DNA from: an uncultured Eubacteriales bacterium
GTDB lineage: Bacteria > Acidobacteriota > Aminicenantia > Aminicenantales > Aminicenantaceae
Direction: 5' to 3'
Assembly: GCA_964599635.1 (NCBI GenBank)
Contig: CAZRGM010000009.1
Location: forward strand, 14,495-78,494
Length of the DNA stretch: 64,000 bases
Shown: positions 36,200-44,380 of the stretch, one piece after another
How the letters are laid out: the number at the start of each line of letters is the position of its first letter
Numbering within the stretch: position 1 is the stretch's first letter
The notes under the pieces: generated by a model
The model's input: the letters and a program-made list of their open reading frames with translations, nothing else
Told to the model about the DNA's origin: nothing
Database searches by the model: none
Translations under genes and position numbers: made by a program

Positions 36200-37039
36200 T
36201 CAGATCCTTTCTGCTTTTTCCTTCATCTTCCTTCTAAAACAGTCCCAATCCACAGAAAAACTGAATTTTCCTTTAGCTTCCCTGACTTCCTTTTTGTAAC
36301 TTTTAGAATCAAAAAAATCTTCCAGTTTGCTGTCAACAGGCAGAAGCATTTCCTCAGCTTCCCATTTGTAAACCTTTCCCTCTCTGCCCCTCAAACACTC
36401 CAGATGAACAATCCACGCCAGCTCTTTAAATGTCATTTTTTTAAAAGTCTTTCTTATGACCTCGACCTCTGATTTTTTCTGAGGAGAAATAAAATTGAAA
36501 TATCTAGAAAAAAGTAGCGCATTATGAAAATAAGCCGGATAAGCAACGATTCCCTGATCTTTATTCAATTTAGCAAGATAGATGAATAAATCCACCACTT
36601 TTTTCCCCAAGCTCAATCCCGGATACTTCTGACCAGGAAGAGGGGTTCTCTTCCCGTTAAATTTTAACCGGGGATTCTGAAGGGTCAGCCATTCCAAAAC
36701 TAAAAATCGAGATTGATGCATCTTTAAAGGAAAATCTCTTTTGGTCTCGAAAATTCCCTCTCTAATTTTAAGATCAACAATGATATTTTCTGGATCTCTC
36801 TTTTTATAATATATGATCAATCTCTGTAAGGGAGGATATTGAGAGGAGTCCAGTTCATATTCAATGGGCCATAAACCTCTTTTTTTCGCCTCTCTATAAA
36901 AATTTCTTTTTCTTAAAACGACTTCAGCCTCTCTCATTGTGTATTTGCCCAGGAAAAGAGAAGTCCCTTTGGCCCCAGACATATCCTGAAAAATATCTCC
37001 TTTTTCAATAAGAGGAGTCGTCCTTGACTTCTTTTTCAT
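36200..37039 (-). CDS. Hypothetical protein (279 aa), no recognisable motif
   Basis: A long ORF in an operon-like position between rsmD and the PqqD gene. No family recognised by eye. Confidence 0.5.
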   Translation of the reverse strand: MKKKSRTTPLIEKGDIFQDMSGAKGTSLFLGKYTMREAEVVLRKRNFYREAKKRGLWPIEYELDSSQYPPLQRLIIYYKKRDPENIIVDLKIREGIFETKRDFPLKMHQSRFLVLEWLTLQNPRLKFNGKRTPLPGQKYPGLSLGKKVVDLFIYLAKLNKDQGIVAYPAYFHNALLFSRYFNFISPQKKSEVEVIRKTFKKMTFKELAWIVHLECLRGREGKVYKWEAEEMLLPVDSKLEDFFDSKSYKKEVREAKGKFSFSVDWDCFRRKMKEKAERI

Positions 37040-37100
37040 TTTCCCATTCCCTATTTTTCACGTCTCGCTTTTCTCGCTCTTTCTATTCACAATTTACTAT
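37040..37100. repeat. Intergenic low-complexity repeat (TTCTCGCTCTTTCTATTCAC / CGTCTCGCTTTTCTCGC type)
   Basis: TTCCCATTCCCTATTTTTCACGTCTCGCTTTTCTCGCTCTTTCTATTCACAATTTAC has near-copies at 49050-49086 and at 52700-52770 and 52855-52905. Confidence 0.6.
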
Positions 37101-37649
37101 TTATTCATATCCATAAAACTTCAGCACATCATCCGCCACTCTCATTTCTCTTTTTAATTCAAAATATTTAGATTCAAATCTGGTTTTATAATGATGTCTC
37201 AAAACAATGATCCCTCCCTGACTCAGCAAGTCTCTCTTATAAAGAACTTTTAAAGGGTCCCTCTCACCCACCATTAAATACGGAGGGTCCAGAAATATCA
37301 GGTCAAAGATTTTCTTTTCCTTTGACAGCATGATGACAGCCCGATTGAACTCTTTATGGACAACCCGGGTTGAATCTTCAGCATCACACCTCCTGATATT
37401 GGTCTTTATGGCTTTGATAGCCGGATAATAATCATCTACAAAGGTAACTTCCTTAGCTCCTCGGCTTAAAGCTTCAATTCCTAAGGACCCGGTTCCAGCA
37501 AAGCCATCCAGAACAGAAATATCTGGAATATCCAAATGCACTATATTAAATAACACCTCCTTGAGTTTATGAGGTATCGGCCTGACTTTTTCATCCCGCA
37601 CATGTCTAAGGCGCTTTCCTTTGTATTTTCCGCTTATAACCCGAATCAT
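37101..37649 (-). CDS. rsmD: 16S rRNA (guanine966-N2)-methyltransferase
   Basis: 182 aa with RVISGKYKGKRL, DGFAGTGSLGIEALSRGA and IFLDPPY. Confidence 0.85.
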   Translation of the reverse strand: MIRVISGKYKGKRLRHVRDEKVRPIPHKLKEVLFNIVHLDIPDISVLDGFAGTGSLGIEALSRGAKEVTFVDDYYPAIKAIKTNIRRCDAEDSTRVVHKEFNRAVIMLSKEKKIFDLIFLDPPYLMVGERDPLKVLYKRDLLSQGGIIVLRHHYKTRFESKYFELKREMRVADDVLKFYGYE

Positions 37650-37673
37650 TTTATCATGGTTTATTCATAAAAT

Positions 37674-37793
37674 CAGTCTGCAACCTCTTCTCACATCTCC
37701 TGATTATTTGTCTTTTCATTTATTGTCATTATATCAAGTTTATTCCTTTATTCTTATTTTGATTTCTTTTTCTTTGCAGACTGCAACCTCTTT
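37674..37793 (-). promoter_or_regulatory. Extended -10 promoter candidate flanked by two 17-nt direct repeats
   Basis: CAGTCTGCAACCTCTTC (37674-37690) and CAGACTGCAACCTCTTT (37777-37793) flank the minus-strand TGATATAAT (37736-37728). The upstream copy forms the palindrome TTGCAGtCTGCAA. Confidence 0.3.
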
Positions 37794-38382
37794 AATAATA
37801 AAATATGGCTTTCCCACTTTCCGTGCGGACATCTTTGATTCCATAGGGAAGTTCATACCAATCATTTAAAGTCGTATTTTCAGTTCCTTTGAATTTGGAT
37901 GCTAAATAAATCACAGTATCCAGCAGCACAGAGTCAACAGGTTCTTTATTCAGAAAAAGCTCTTGAATCACTAACCGGGCAGCGCCTTGTTTGACTTTAA
38001 GAATTCCATTAAAATAAAAGACCATTTTAGGGTTGAGCAGCAAAGGAAGATTTTGACCTTTGAATTGAAGCAGAACCTTTCCCTCAATTCTATTTTTATC
38101 AAATAACTTCAATTTCAGCTCTTTCATCACATCTTCCTCTTGTTCAATCCTAAAAGCCAGATAGGAGTTAAGCTCGCTTTCACTGACCTTGACTTCCCGT
38201 AACGGACCGGAATACTCGTTTTCCGCCTCTGATTGAACCTTTTCAATAAGCTCCAGAACTCTTAACACCTCATCAAGAGAATAATCGCTCTGAGCCAAGC
38301 TGATTTGTGGAACCATGAGGTTCAATATGAAACAGCAAACAGCCATTAAAGCATATAAGTGTCTAAAAAAATGGTTCATCAT
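37792..38382 (-). CDS. Hypothetical secreted protein (196 aa)
   Basis: N-terminal signal-like segment LYALMAVCCFILNLMVPQISLAQS. No family recognised. Confidence 0.5.
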   Translation of the reverse strand: MMNHFFRHLYALMAVCCFILNLMVPQISLAQSDYSLDEVLRVLELIEKVQSEAENEYSGPLREVKVSESELNSYLAFRIEQEEDVMKELKLKLFDKNRIEGKVLLQFKGQNLPLLLNPKMVFYFNGILKVKQGAARLVIQELFLNKEPVDSVLLDTVIYLASKFKGTENTTLNDWYELPYGIKDVRTESGKAIFYY

Positions 38383-38420
38383 TCACTATCCCCTATTGAC
38401 CATTCACAATTCACCATTCT
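38383..38420. repeat. Heptamer array filling the whole intergenic spacer
   Basis: The minus-strand sense reads GAGAATG GTGAATT GTGAATG GTCAATA GGGGATA GTGAATG and runs directly into ATG 38382. Confidence 0.7.
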
Positions 38421-39242
38421 CTAATAATGAGTCAGAGTACCATCTTTTTTTGCTTTCTTCAATGCCAAACGGAACAAGGTGATACTTAAGGGGAAAAGAA
38501 TCACGGCAAATATGAGTAAAGCCATGATATCTGGAAAAATCTCAGAAAAGGATGCTGAAGTAATCATGCTTTTCCTCAGCCCTTCTAAAGAATAAGTAAT
38601 AGGAAGAAGATAAGATATCCATTTGATCCATGGAGGAAGGACCTGGATAGGAAAAAACACCCCACCCAGCAAGCCGGAAACACTTCCATAGATCCACGAA
38701 AAAGGATTCCCTTTTTTATAAACCAGAATAAAGCAGGCTGATAATATTCCGATACTTAAAAAGCATAATGCGGTTAAAATAAAAGTTATGATAGCACCCG
38801 GCCAGTTAATCTTTTCTATCTGCATTCCAAAAACCCATACAGCCAGAATGATTTGAAACACGGTGGAAACCACAGAAAAGAGAAAATAATACAAAGAAGA
38901 TCCAAATAAAATCACAGGGAGACTGGTTCTGGAGACCAAAATCGCCTCCAAAGTCCCGGTAACCTGAGCCTGCCGAATTATGGCTGGAAGATGCTCCTGG
39001 AACACAGCCAGAAGGCCTGAAAAGGCAATCCCTATGATCACAAAAGAAAAATAATCCCCTCCATAAGCATCCAGAACAGAAGAACTGTTCGGTGATATTA
39101 ATTTCGAAATAAAGAAAAAGGTGGCAGAAGAGAGGAAAATTCCGATAAAAGAGGCAATAAATGAAAATTTATAGCTGGCCTCCTCTAAAAAATCCCGCTT
39201 TAAAAAGGCATAAAGCTTCTCTATGAGCGCCACTGAAATCAT
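38421..39242 (-). CDS. ABC-2 type transporter permease
   Basis: 273 aa with about 6 predicted TM helices. Its start overlaps the stop of the ATPase gene by 4 nt. Confidence 0.7.
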   Translation of the reverse strand: MISVALIEKLYAFLKRDFLEEASYKFSFIASFIGIFLSSATFFFISKLISPNSSSVLDAYGGDYFSFVIIGIAFSGLLAVFQEHLPAIIRQAQVTGTLEAILVSRTSLPVILFGSSLYYFLFSVVSTVFQIILAVWVFGMQIEKINWPGAIITFILTALCFLSIGILSACFILVYKKGNPFSWIYGSVSGLLGGVFFPIQVLPPWIKWISYLLPITYSLEGLRKSMITSASFSEIFPDIMALLIFAVILFPLSITLFRLALKKAKKDGTLTHY

Positions 39243-40063
39243 CTCCCAAAACTTTCATGGTCTGCTGCAGCCTTTTTGACCGCTTTTTCATAGACCTGGT
39301 GTAGAGAATTTTTCCCTTGTTCTGTCAAGCTGGATACCGATCCTTGAGCCATGACCTGTCCCTCTACAATAATGGCTAAAGTGTGTGCAAAGTCCTGGGC
39401 TTCTTTCAGGTCATGAGTGGCCCAGAATACCGTCTTGCCTTGATTTTCAACCATCTCTTTTCTCAAAAACTTTCTTATGTTTTGGGCAGCTAGTGGATCC
39501 AAACTTCTCGTGGGTTCGTCAACAAATAAAATCTCTGGGTCTGTGAGGAGGGCTCTTGCAATGGCCATCATTTGCCTCATACCTGTGGAATAAGTATTGA
39601 ACCTTTGCTCAGCAGCTTTTTTCATTCCCACAAGATCTAAAACTTCCTGAATAATCTTCCTTCTTTTTGATGAAGGTATACTATTCAAAGCCGCAAAAAA
39701 ATCCAGATTCTGCAGACCCGTCAGCCTCCAATAAAAACTTCTCTCCTCACTTAAGGCAAAACCAATGTGTTTTTTGACCTCATCTGTTTCATGCTCCAAG
39801 TCACAGCCTTTGATGAAAACTTTTCCCTCATCAGGCAGCACAAGGGTTGAAAGAATCTTAATGAGAGTGGTCTTCCCGGCTCCATTAGGACCCATTAAAC
39901 AAAAGCACTGACCCGATTCCACTTCTAAATCCACCCCTCTTAAAGCTGTGGTCCATTTCCTTGCTAAAGGATGGAACAAAAGCTCTCTGTAACCTTTGAC
40001 CACAGGATAGACTTTTTTGAGAGATCTTACTTCTACAGCCTTCATCTTCTTATCCTGTCTCAA
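39239..40063 (-). CDS. ABC transporter ATP-binding protein
   Basis: Walker A GPNGAGKTT, signature-like YSTGMRQMMAIA, and Walker B ILFVDEPTRSLD. The start is probably MKAVEVRSL at 40045. Confidence 0.85.
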   Translation of the reverse strand: MRQDKKMKAVEVRSLKKVYPVVKGYRELLFHPLARKWTTALRGVDLEVESGQCFCLMGPNGAGKTTLIKILSTLVLPDEGKVFIKGCDLEHETDEVKKHIGFALSEERSFYWRLTGLQNLDFFAALNSIPSSKRRKIIQEVLDLVGMKKAAEQRFNTYSTGMRQMMAIARALLTDPEILFVDEPTRSLDPLAAQNIRKFLRKEMVENQGKTVFWATHDLKEAQDFAHTLAIIVEGQVMAQGSVSSLTEQGKNSLHQVYEKAVKKAAADHESFGR

Positions 40064-41225
40064 TCAATCTTCTAAAAATAAGATATAGGGGTCTCCAGAA
40101 ACGCCATAGATAATGAAGCCCCATTTTATACGAATGGGGAGAAATCCCATAATAAAAAGAGACCCAGGAACGGGGGGGAAAGAAAAAATTATAGAGTGCT
40201 TGAATAAATGGGCCTATTCTTCTCCTGTTCAGCACTGAAAAAAAAGTAGGAGCATGCATGGGAAACAGAAGCTTCTGTTGTCTGGACTTCACCAAATCTT
40301 GAGGCCAAAAAAAATGAAGCAGTCTTAGGTTCAGAGAAGAAATAGAAAATCGGCTTATGATATTCTCTGAAACTGTATTGGGCCAAAATTCATTCACCAG
40401 ATGCAGCCCATAGTAAACAGACGCTTCTATTTTCTCTCTCCTGCATATATCCAAGACCTTATTCCAGTTCAATTTATAGATAGAAATCATTTCTGCTATG
40501 TCTGTAAACCAATCCAACCGAGAATAAGAATGCTGCTGGGAATGAAGACAAAGAAGGCAAAGCTCATATTCAGGCGAAAGAATCTGAGCCGGAGAACCCT
40601 CTATGTCAATTTTCTGTATGCTTCTCCAAAGATCCTCCCTCATTGAAAACGGCATATGAAGACCCGGAAAATTATAATGAAGTTCCAGCTCAAGCTTTCC
40701 TTTTCTGTAGACAGGGCGGTAGGTCCAAAATATTTTCTCCCGCTCACTCAATTCACGACTGATATGCTCACCGGCTGCCTGAACAAAACCCAATCCTCGG
40801 AGTAATTCTTGAAATTCAGTTCTTTGGGAAGAATCAAGAAAAAGATCAACATCAATAAAAAATCTCAACCCAATATCTTTATAAAGCGTTTTTGCCAGCC
40901 TGGGCCCCTTCACTAACGCCACCCTCATTCCTGAATTCTCGATAGAATCCAGAACTGGTTTCAGCGCGTTGAGAAGATATAGATTCCGACCAAAATTTGT
41001 TATGTATATTCGATTGAGCTGACTGACAATCTCATCCGGAACTTTGTCTTCATACACCTTCAGATTTCGGTATAAAAGAGGGGAAACATTTTCTTTCTGA
41101 GCTCTTTTCAGAAGCTCATGCCAGTCCAAATCTTTATTTAATATTTGCTTGAATTCAGACTTTTGACTTGGATTCAGTTTGATCCTTGAGCCTAAAATAA
41201 GAAGCTTGACTTCAGGAGATAACAT
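40050..41225 (-). CDS. Uncharacterised nucleotidyltransferase family protein (NTP_transf_5-like)
   Basis: 391 aa. KENVSPLLYRNLK, FIDVDLFLD and HSQQHSY... fit the PF14907-type pattern as I remember it. Confidence 0.55.
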   Translation of the reverse strand: MLSPEVKLLILGSRIKLNPSQKSEFKQILNKDLDWHELLKRAQKENVSPLLYRNLKVYEDKVPDEIVSQLNRIYITNFGRNLYLLNALKPVLDSIENSGMRVALVKGPRLAKTLYKDIGLRFFIDVDLFLDSSQRTEFQELLRGLGFVQAAGEHISRELSEREKIFWTYRPVYRKGKLELELHYNFPGLHMPFSMREDLWRSIQKIDIEGSPAQILSPEYELCLLCLHSQQHSYSRLDWFTDIAEMISIYKLNWNKVLDICRREKIEASVYYGLHLVNEFWPNTVSENIISRFSISSLNLRLLHFFWPQDLVKSRQQKLLFPMHAPTFFSVLNRRRIGPFIQALYNFFFPPRSWVSFYYGISPHSYKMGLHYLWRFWRPLYLIFRRLIETG

Positions 41226-41302
41226 TCGTGCTCAAATTAGTAAAATAATGAATAATGAATGGTAAATTGTGAATGGATTTCTAGCGTTTTAGAACGTTTA
41301 AT

Positions 41303-41562
41303 TTAACCTGACCTATTCATAAAAAAATGGCGATGTTTTCATAATTCATTTATTCTCAACGATATACAGGACTTTTTCAAGAACAATTTCTTGAACATTT
41401 TTTCTGTTTGTATTTTAATTTTAATCGCCATTTTTTTACCTTAAAGGCGAGCCGATCTCACGGCATCTTCTTCGTACCAGGGCATTCGTAGTGAAGTACC
41501 ACGACTTCATGCCCCGTGCCTCGCATCTGCAGCAATCTCGGCTCGTGAATAATCCAGGTTTA
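41303..41562 (+). repeat. Family-2 foldback element, copy B (~260 nt)
   Basis: Collinear with copy A, with the same AAAAAAATGGCGAT / ATCGCCATTTTTTT pair and the same GGCGAGCCGATCT...CCAGGTT right arm. ORF 41491-41709 is in a different frame from the copy-A ORF, so the element is non-coding. Confidence 0.7.
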
Positions 41563-41579
41563 AATCAAATGATTAGATC

Positions 41580-42398
41580 TTATTTCCTTATAGGTGACAC
41601 ATCATCTGGTTCATCATCAGGCTCATTGAGAGTGACCCCCCCTATGACTAAAGCAAGTCCCACAGGAATCAAAAATATAGGGACAAGTCCTTTTCTTTTC
41701 ACCAGATAAACCAAGTCTCCGGGAGCCACATCTTCTTCCATATAGATAGCGACAATCTGTCCTTCTGTGGCTTTCTTAATGGGCTCGTCATTCAGGGTCA
41801 GAATTTTAACATATTGATAGAAATCAGTTTCAGGTTCATCCTCGTCAGGTGTTAGGATATGTATCTCATCATCTTTCCACAGCTCTATTTCTTCATCTTC
41901 TTCCTCATAGGTCATAATCTCTACGGTGGCTATCTGGGTATTTGGTTCATAAGAAATAACCAGGCCTACTAATTTTTCTCCCTCGTCGTTTCTAGCCTCA
42001 AACTTCTGTCCTGCCGCCTCTTGGCTTCCCTTGGTAAAAGTCTTCAGGGTTACAGATATTTTTCCTGTCTTTCCTGATCGGATCCCCACCAAATTTTCTG
42101 CGTTGTACCCACCATTCTCAGATTCAACCCCCAAGATATAAAGGCCTTTCTCTATTTTCTCGACTTTAAACACTCCATGATCGTCAGTTCCGGTGCTTTG
42201 ATAAACGTCACCCGATGAAACATTCCTGAGAGTGACTAAGGCTCCTTTAACAGGAGTTGTCCCGTCCTCACTAAAAATGAATCCCGTTAGGCTTCCTGTT
42301 TCTGGGCTCCCCGCTTTGGCTATATTGGGAAGGTACAAAACAACAAGAGATAAACACAATAGGATTGATGTTAATTTTTTATAGGCGCCTCTATTCAT
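41580..42398 (-). CDS. Secreted carboxypeptidase-regulatory-like (CarboxypepD_reg) domain protein with a C-terminal TM segment
   Basis: 272 aa with a signal peptide. GSLTGFIFSEDGTTPVKGALVTLRNVSSGDVYQSTGTDDHGVFKVEKIEKGLYILGVE is a typical CarboxypepD_reg fold signature. The C-terminal LVPIFLIPVGLALVIGGVTL is followed by an acidic tail. Confidence 0.6.
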   Translation of the reverse strand: MNRGAYKKLTSILLCLSLVVLYLPNIAKAGSPETGSLTGFIFSEDGTTPVKGALVTLRNVSSGDVYQSTGTDDHGVFKVEKIEKGLYILGVESENGGYNAENLVGIRSGKTGKISVTLKTFTKGSQEAAGQKFEARNDEGEKLVGLVISYEPNTQIATVEIMTYEEEDEEIELWKDDEIHILTPDEDEPETDFYQYVKILTLNDEPIKKATEGQIVAIYMEEDVAPGDLVYLVKRKGLVPIFLIPVGLALVIGGVTLNEPDDEPDDVSPIRK

Positions 42399-42420
42399 AT
42401 TTCCTCCTTAAGGTATATTT

Positions 42421-42449
42421 AATATAGACATAACAAATGTATTTGTCAA
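42421..42449 (-). promoter_or_regulatory. Strong sigma70-like promoter for gene 41580-42398
   Basis: The minus strand reads TTGACA (42449-42444), a 17-nt spacer, TATATT (42426-42421). AGGAGG follows 4 nt before ATG 42398. Confidence 0.5.
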
Positions 42450-42522
42450 TAAATTTTTTACATATTACCCATATATTCTCTATGACTTATAAGCCTACTA
42501 TGCCCATTAATCAGCCACCGTT

Positions 42523-44199
42523 TTATCCATTGTCTTTAACTATCCTCACAATTTCAATTTCTCTATTAATGGGTTTCAGCTCTAGAATATTTTCCCCTCT
42601 TTTGGTCATAAGTTCCAATCCTGAAATGCGGCCCTCATGGGCAACCTGTTCATCAATGACTCTCCCATTCAAAAAAACAGCCAACAAAGGACTCACCGAA
42701 TCTTTTTTCAGTTCAATATTGATAAAAATAGGTGACTCTTCAGCAAATAAAAGAGGAACTCCGTAGGTCTCCCCTTTTTTTATCTTTTTATGGCCAAATG
42801 ACATTATCTCCGGCATCAAAACTTTAGAAAGCCTCTCATCAATCTCTTTAATTTTTTCGATATCATTAAGACGCTCATAATTCTTATGCATTCTCAACAG
42901 GATCTCCACATTTTGAGGATCTCTATCCAGTGCTTTTCTATAAAAATCACCCGCATCATAAACAAAGTCTACAGCCTGATAAGAATCACCCACTATTTGC
43001 AAAAGTTTTACCAAATCGTCATGAGATCCAAAATCTCCGGAAAATAGAAGGCTCTCTACTTTGTCTCTTTGCTGAATGACTTCTCTGTATCGATGCTGTT
43101 TGAAATCAAATACGATACTGAAATAAAGGCGGGAAAAACTCTCGCTTCCTCCGGGTATGACTTCAAGTAAATTTCGGCCCCTCAAAAATCCTTCTAACTC
43201 CTCGATCTCCGCATCTTCATTTTCCATCTCTAAGTAAGTTTTGAGATGATTCTCCGCACCCTTCAATCCTTCAGACCTCTGAATTTCTAATTTTATCAGT
43301 CCCAAAAGAACTGATTTTTTGGTTTCGATAAGCTCTTTCTCCTCTATTAATTTTTCTCCGGTTAGGGATTGATAAAATTTTATATGGTTGAGCTGTCTCA
43401 AGCTGGATGAAAGATGACTTAAAGCATTTTTCATATGATAAATTCTGGCTTCATCCTGACCTTTATGGTAAAGATCTCTGGCTCTTTCATACTCCATGCT
43501 TTCAGCTTTTGAAAGCTTATCCAGCCTTTCACTCAGGTTGAGAGATCTTCCTCCTAAAAAATCAGCATACAGGCGAAATGCTTCAGCTTCTCGAGGAAGG
43601 ATCTGATTCATAACGGAATAGTCTTCAACATAAACCGCCCACACATGCATCACATCCATTAATCCCTGTCTTCCTTTGGCATCAATAACATCTTTCATCA
43701 TCTTGACAACATACTTTTTATCTTCTCCCTTTAATTCTTCCCAATTCTGCATCATTATCTTTCCTATCTCAAAATAAGCCTCTTCATCAAATGTGGTCAA
43801 AAGGGCCGCCTTTTTATACTGGTCATAATAATCGATCTCAACAGGTTGAAAATAATTCATATAAGAAAGTGCCTGGGCAAGGCGAAAATGAGCCGCATAG
43901 GACCCTGGATTTAAGCGGACTGCCTGAATAAAATTCTGTATCGATGTATTCAGATTCTCGTTTCCTTGGGGCCCATTTCCAGCATCCTTCACTCCTCTTT
44001 CGAAATAAGTCTTTCCCAGTTCATAATACACTTTATCATTGAAAGGATTTAACTGCTGAGACTTCTTGAGAATAAAGATCCTTTTTTCTGAATCAAGAGT
44101 CCTTTCCCCTTTATAATAGAGATGCACACTCCAGTACATATAGAAATTGATCGCCATCAGAAGCAAAATCCCAACGATTAAAGCCGTTTTTTTTTGCAT
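42523..44199 (-). CDS. Membrane-anchored TPR-repeat protein
   Basis: 558 aa with an N-terminal TM helix and repeated TPR-like 34-mers (YYELGKTYFERG, AHFRLAQALSYMNY, GDFYRKALDRDPQN). Confidence 0.6.
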   Translation of the reverse strand: MQKKTALIVGILLLMAINFYMYWSVHLYYKGERTLDSEKRIFILKKSQQLNPFNDKVYYELGKTYFERGVKDAGNGPQGNENLNTSIQNFIQAVRLNPGSYAAHFRLAQALSYMNYFQPVEIDYYDQYKKAALLTTFDEEAYFEIGKIMMQNWEELKGEDKKYVVKMMKDVIDAKGRQGLMDVMHVWAVYVEDYSVMNQILPREAEAFRLYADFLGGRSLNLSERLDKLSKAESMEYERARDLYHKGQDEARIYHMKNALSHLSSSLRQLNHIKFYQSLTGEKLIEEKELIETKKSVLLGLIKLEIQRSEGLKGAENHLKTYLEMENEDAEIEELEGFLRGRNLLEVIPGGSESFSRLYFSIVFDFKQHRYREVIQQRDKVESLLFSGDFGSHDDLVKLLQIVGDSYQAVDFVYDAGDFYRKALDRDPQNVEILLRMHKNYERLNDIEKIKEIDERLSKVLMPEIMSFGHKKIKKGETYGVPLLFAEESPIFINIELKKDSVSPLLAVFLNGRVIDEQVAHEGRISGLELMTKRGENILELKPINREIEIVRIVKDNG

Positions 44200-44243
44200 A
44201 ACTTTTTCTTATTTTAAAATATCTGCAATCCTTTTCTCTTCAG

Positions 44244-44314
44244 CTCTTTAGAGGAGAGCGAAGCCCGAACGGGAGAGAGACTCCTCGATGGGGAATCGAA
44301 CGGGTGACGAATCC
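44244..44314. repeat. Family-1 internal segment (fragment)
   Basis: CTCTTTAGAGGAGAGCGAAGCCCGAACGGGAGAGAGACTCCTCGATGGGGAATCGAACGGGTGACGAATCC differs at 5 of 72 positions from 19119-19190. Confidence 0.65.
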
Positions 44315-44380
44315 TCTGTTTTTTCCCCTTTAAATTTTTTGTGGAGCGCAAACCATGCCTATATTTCATAAAAATCATCT

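Noticed and set aside
33533-41225. Classification of the locus as a lasso-peptide cluster, because of the PqqD + HPr-kinase-like + NTP_transf_5 + ABC transporter combination
   Set aside because: No asparagine-synthetase-like lasso cyclase and no transglutaminase-like leader peptidase is encoded. A radical SAM/SPASM enzyme is present instead, and the candidate core is Cys-rich without the usual Gly1...Asp/Glu8-9 macrolactam pattern.
41580-42398. C-terminal TM segment of the CarboxypepD_reg protein as a PEP-CTERM/exosortase sorting signal
   Set aside because: There is no PEP motif before the helix, and the tail is acidic (NEPDDEPDDVSPIRK) rather than an Arg-rich cluster. No exosortase gene was recognised in the EPS locus.
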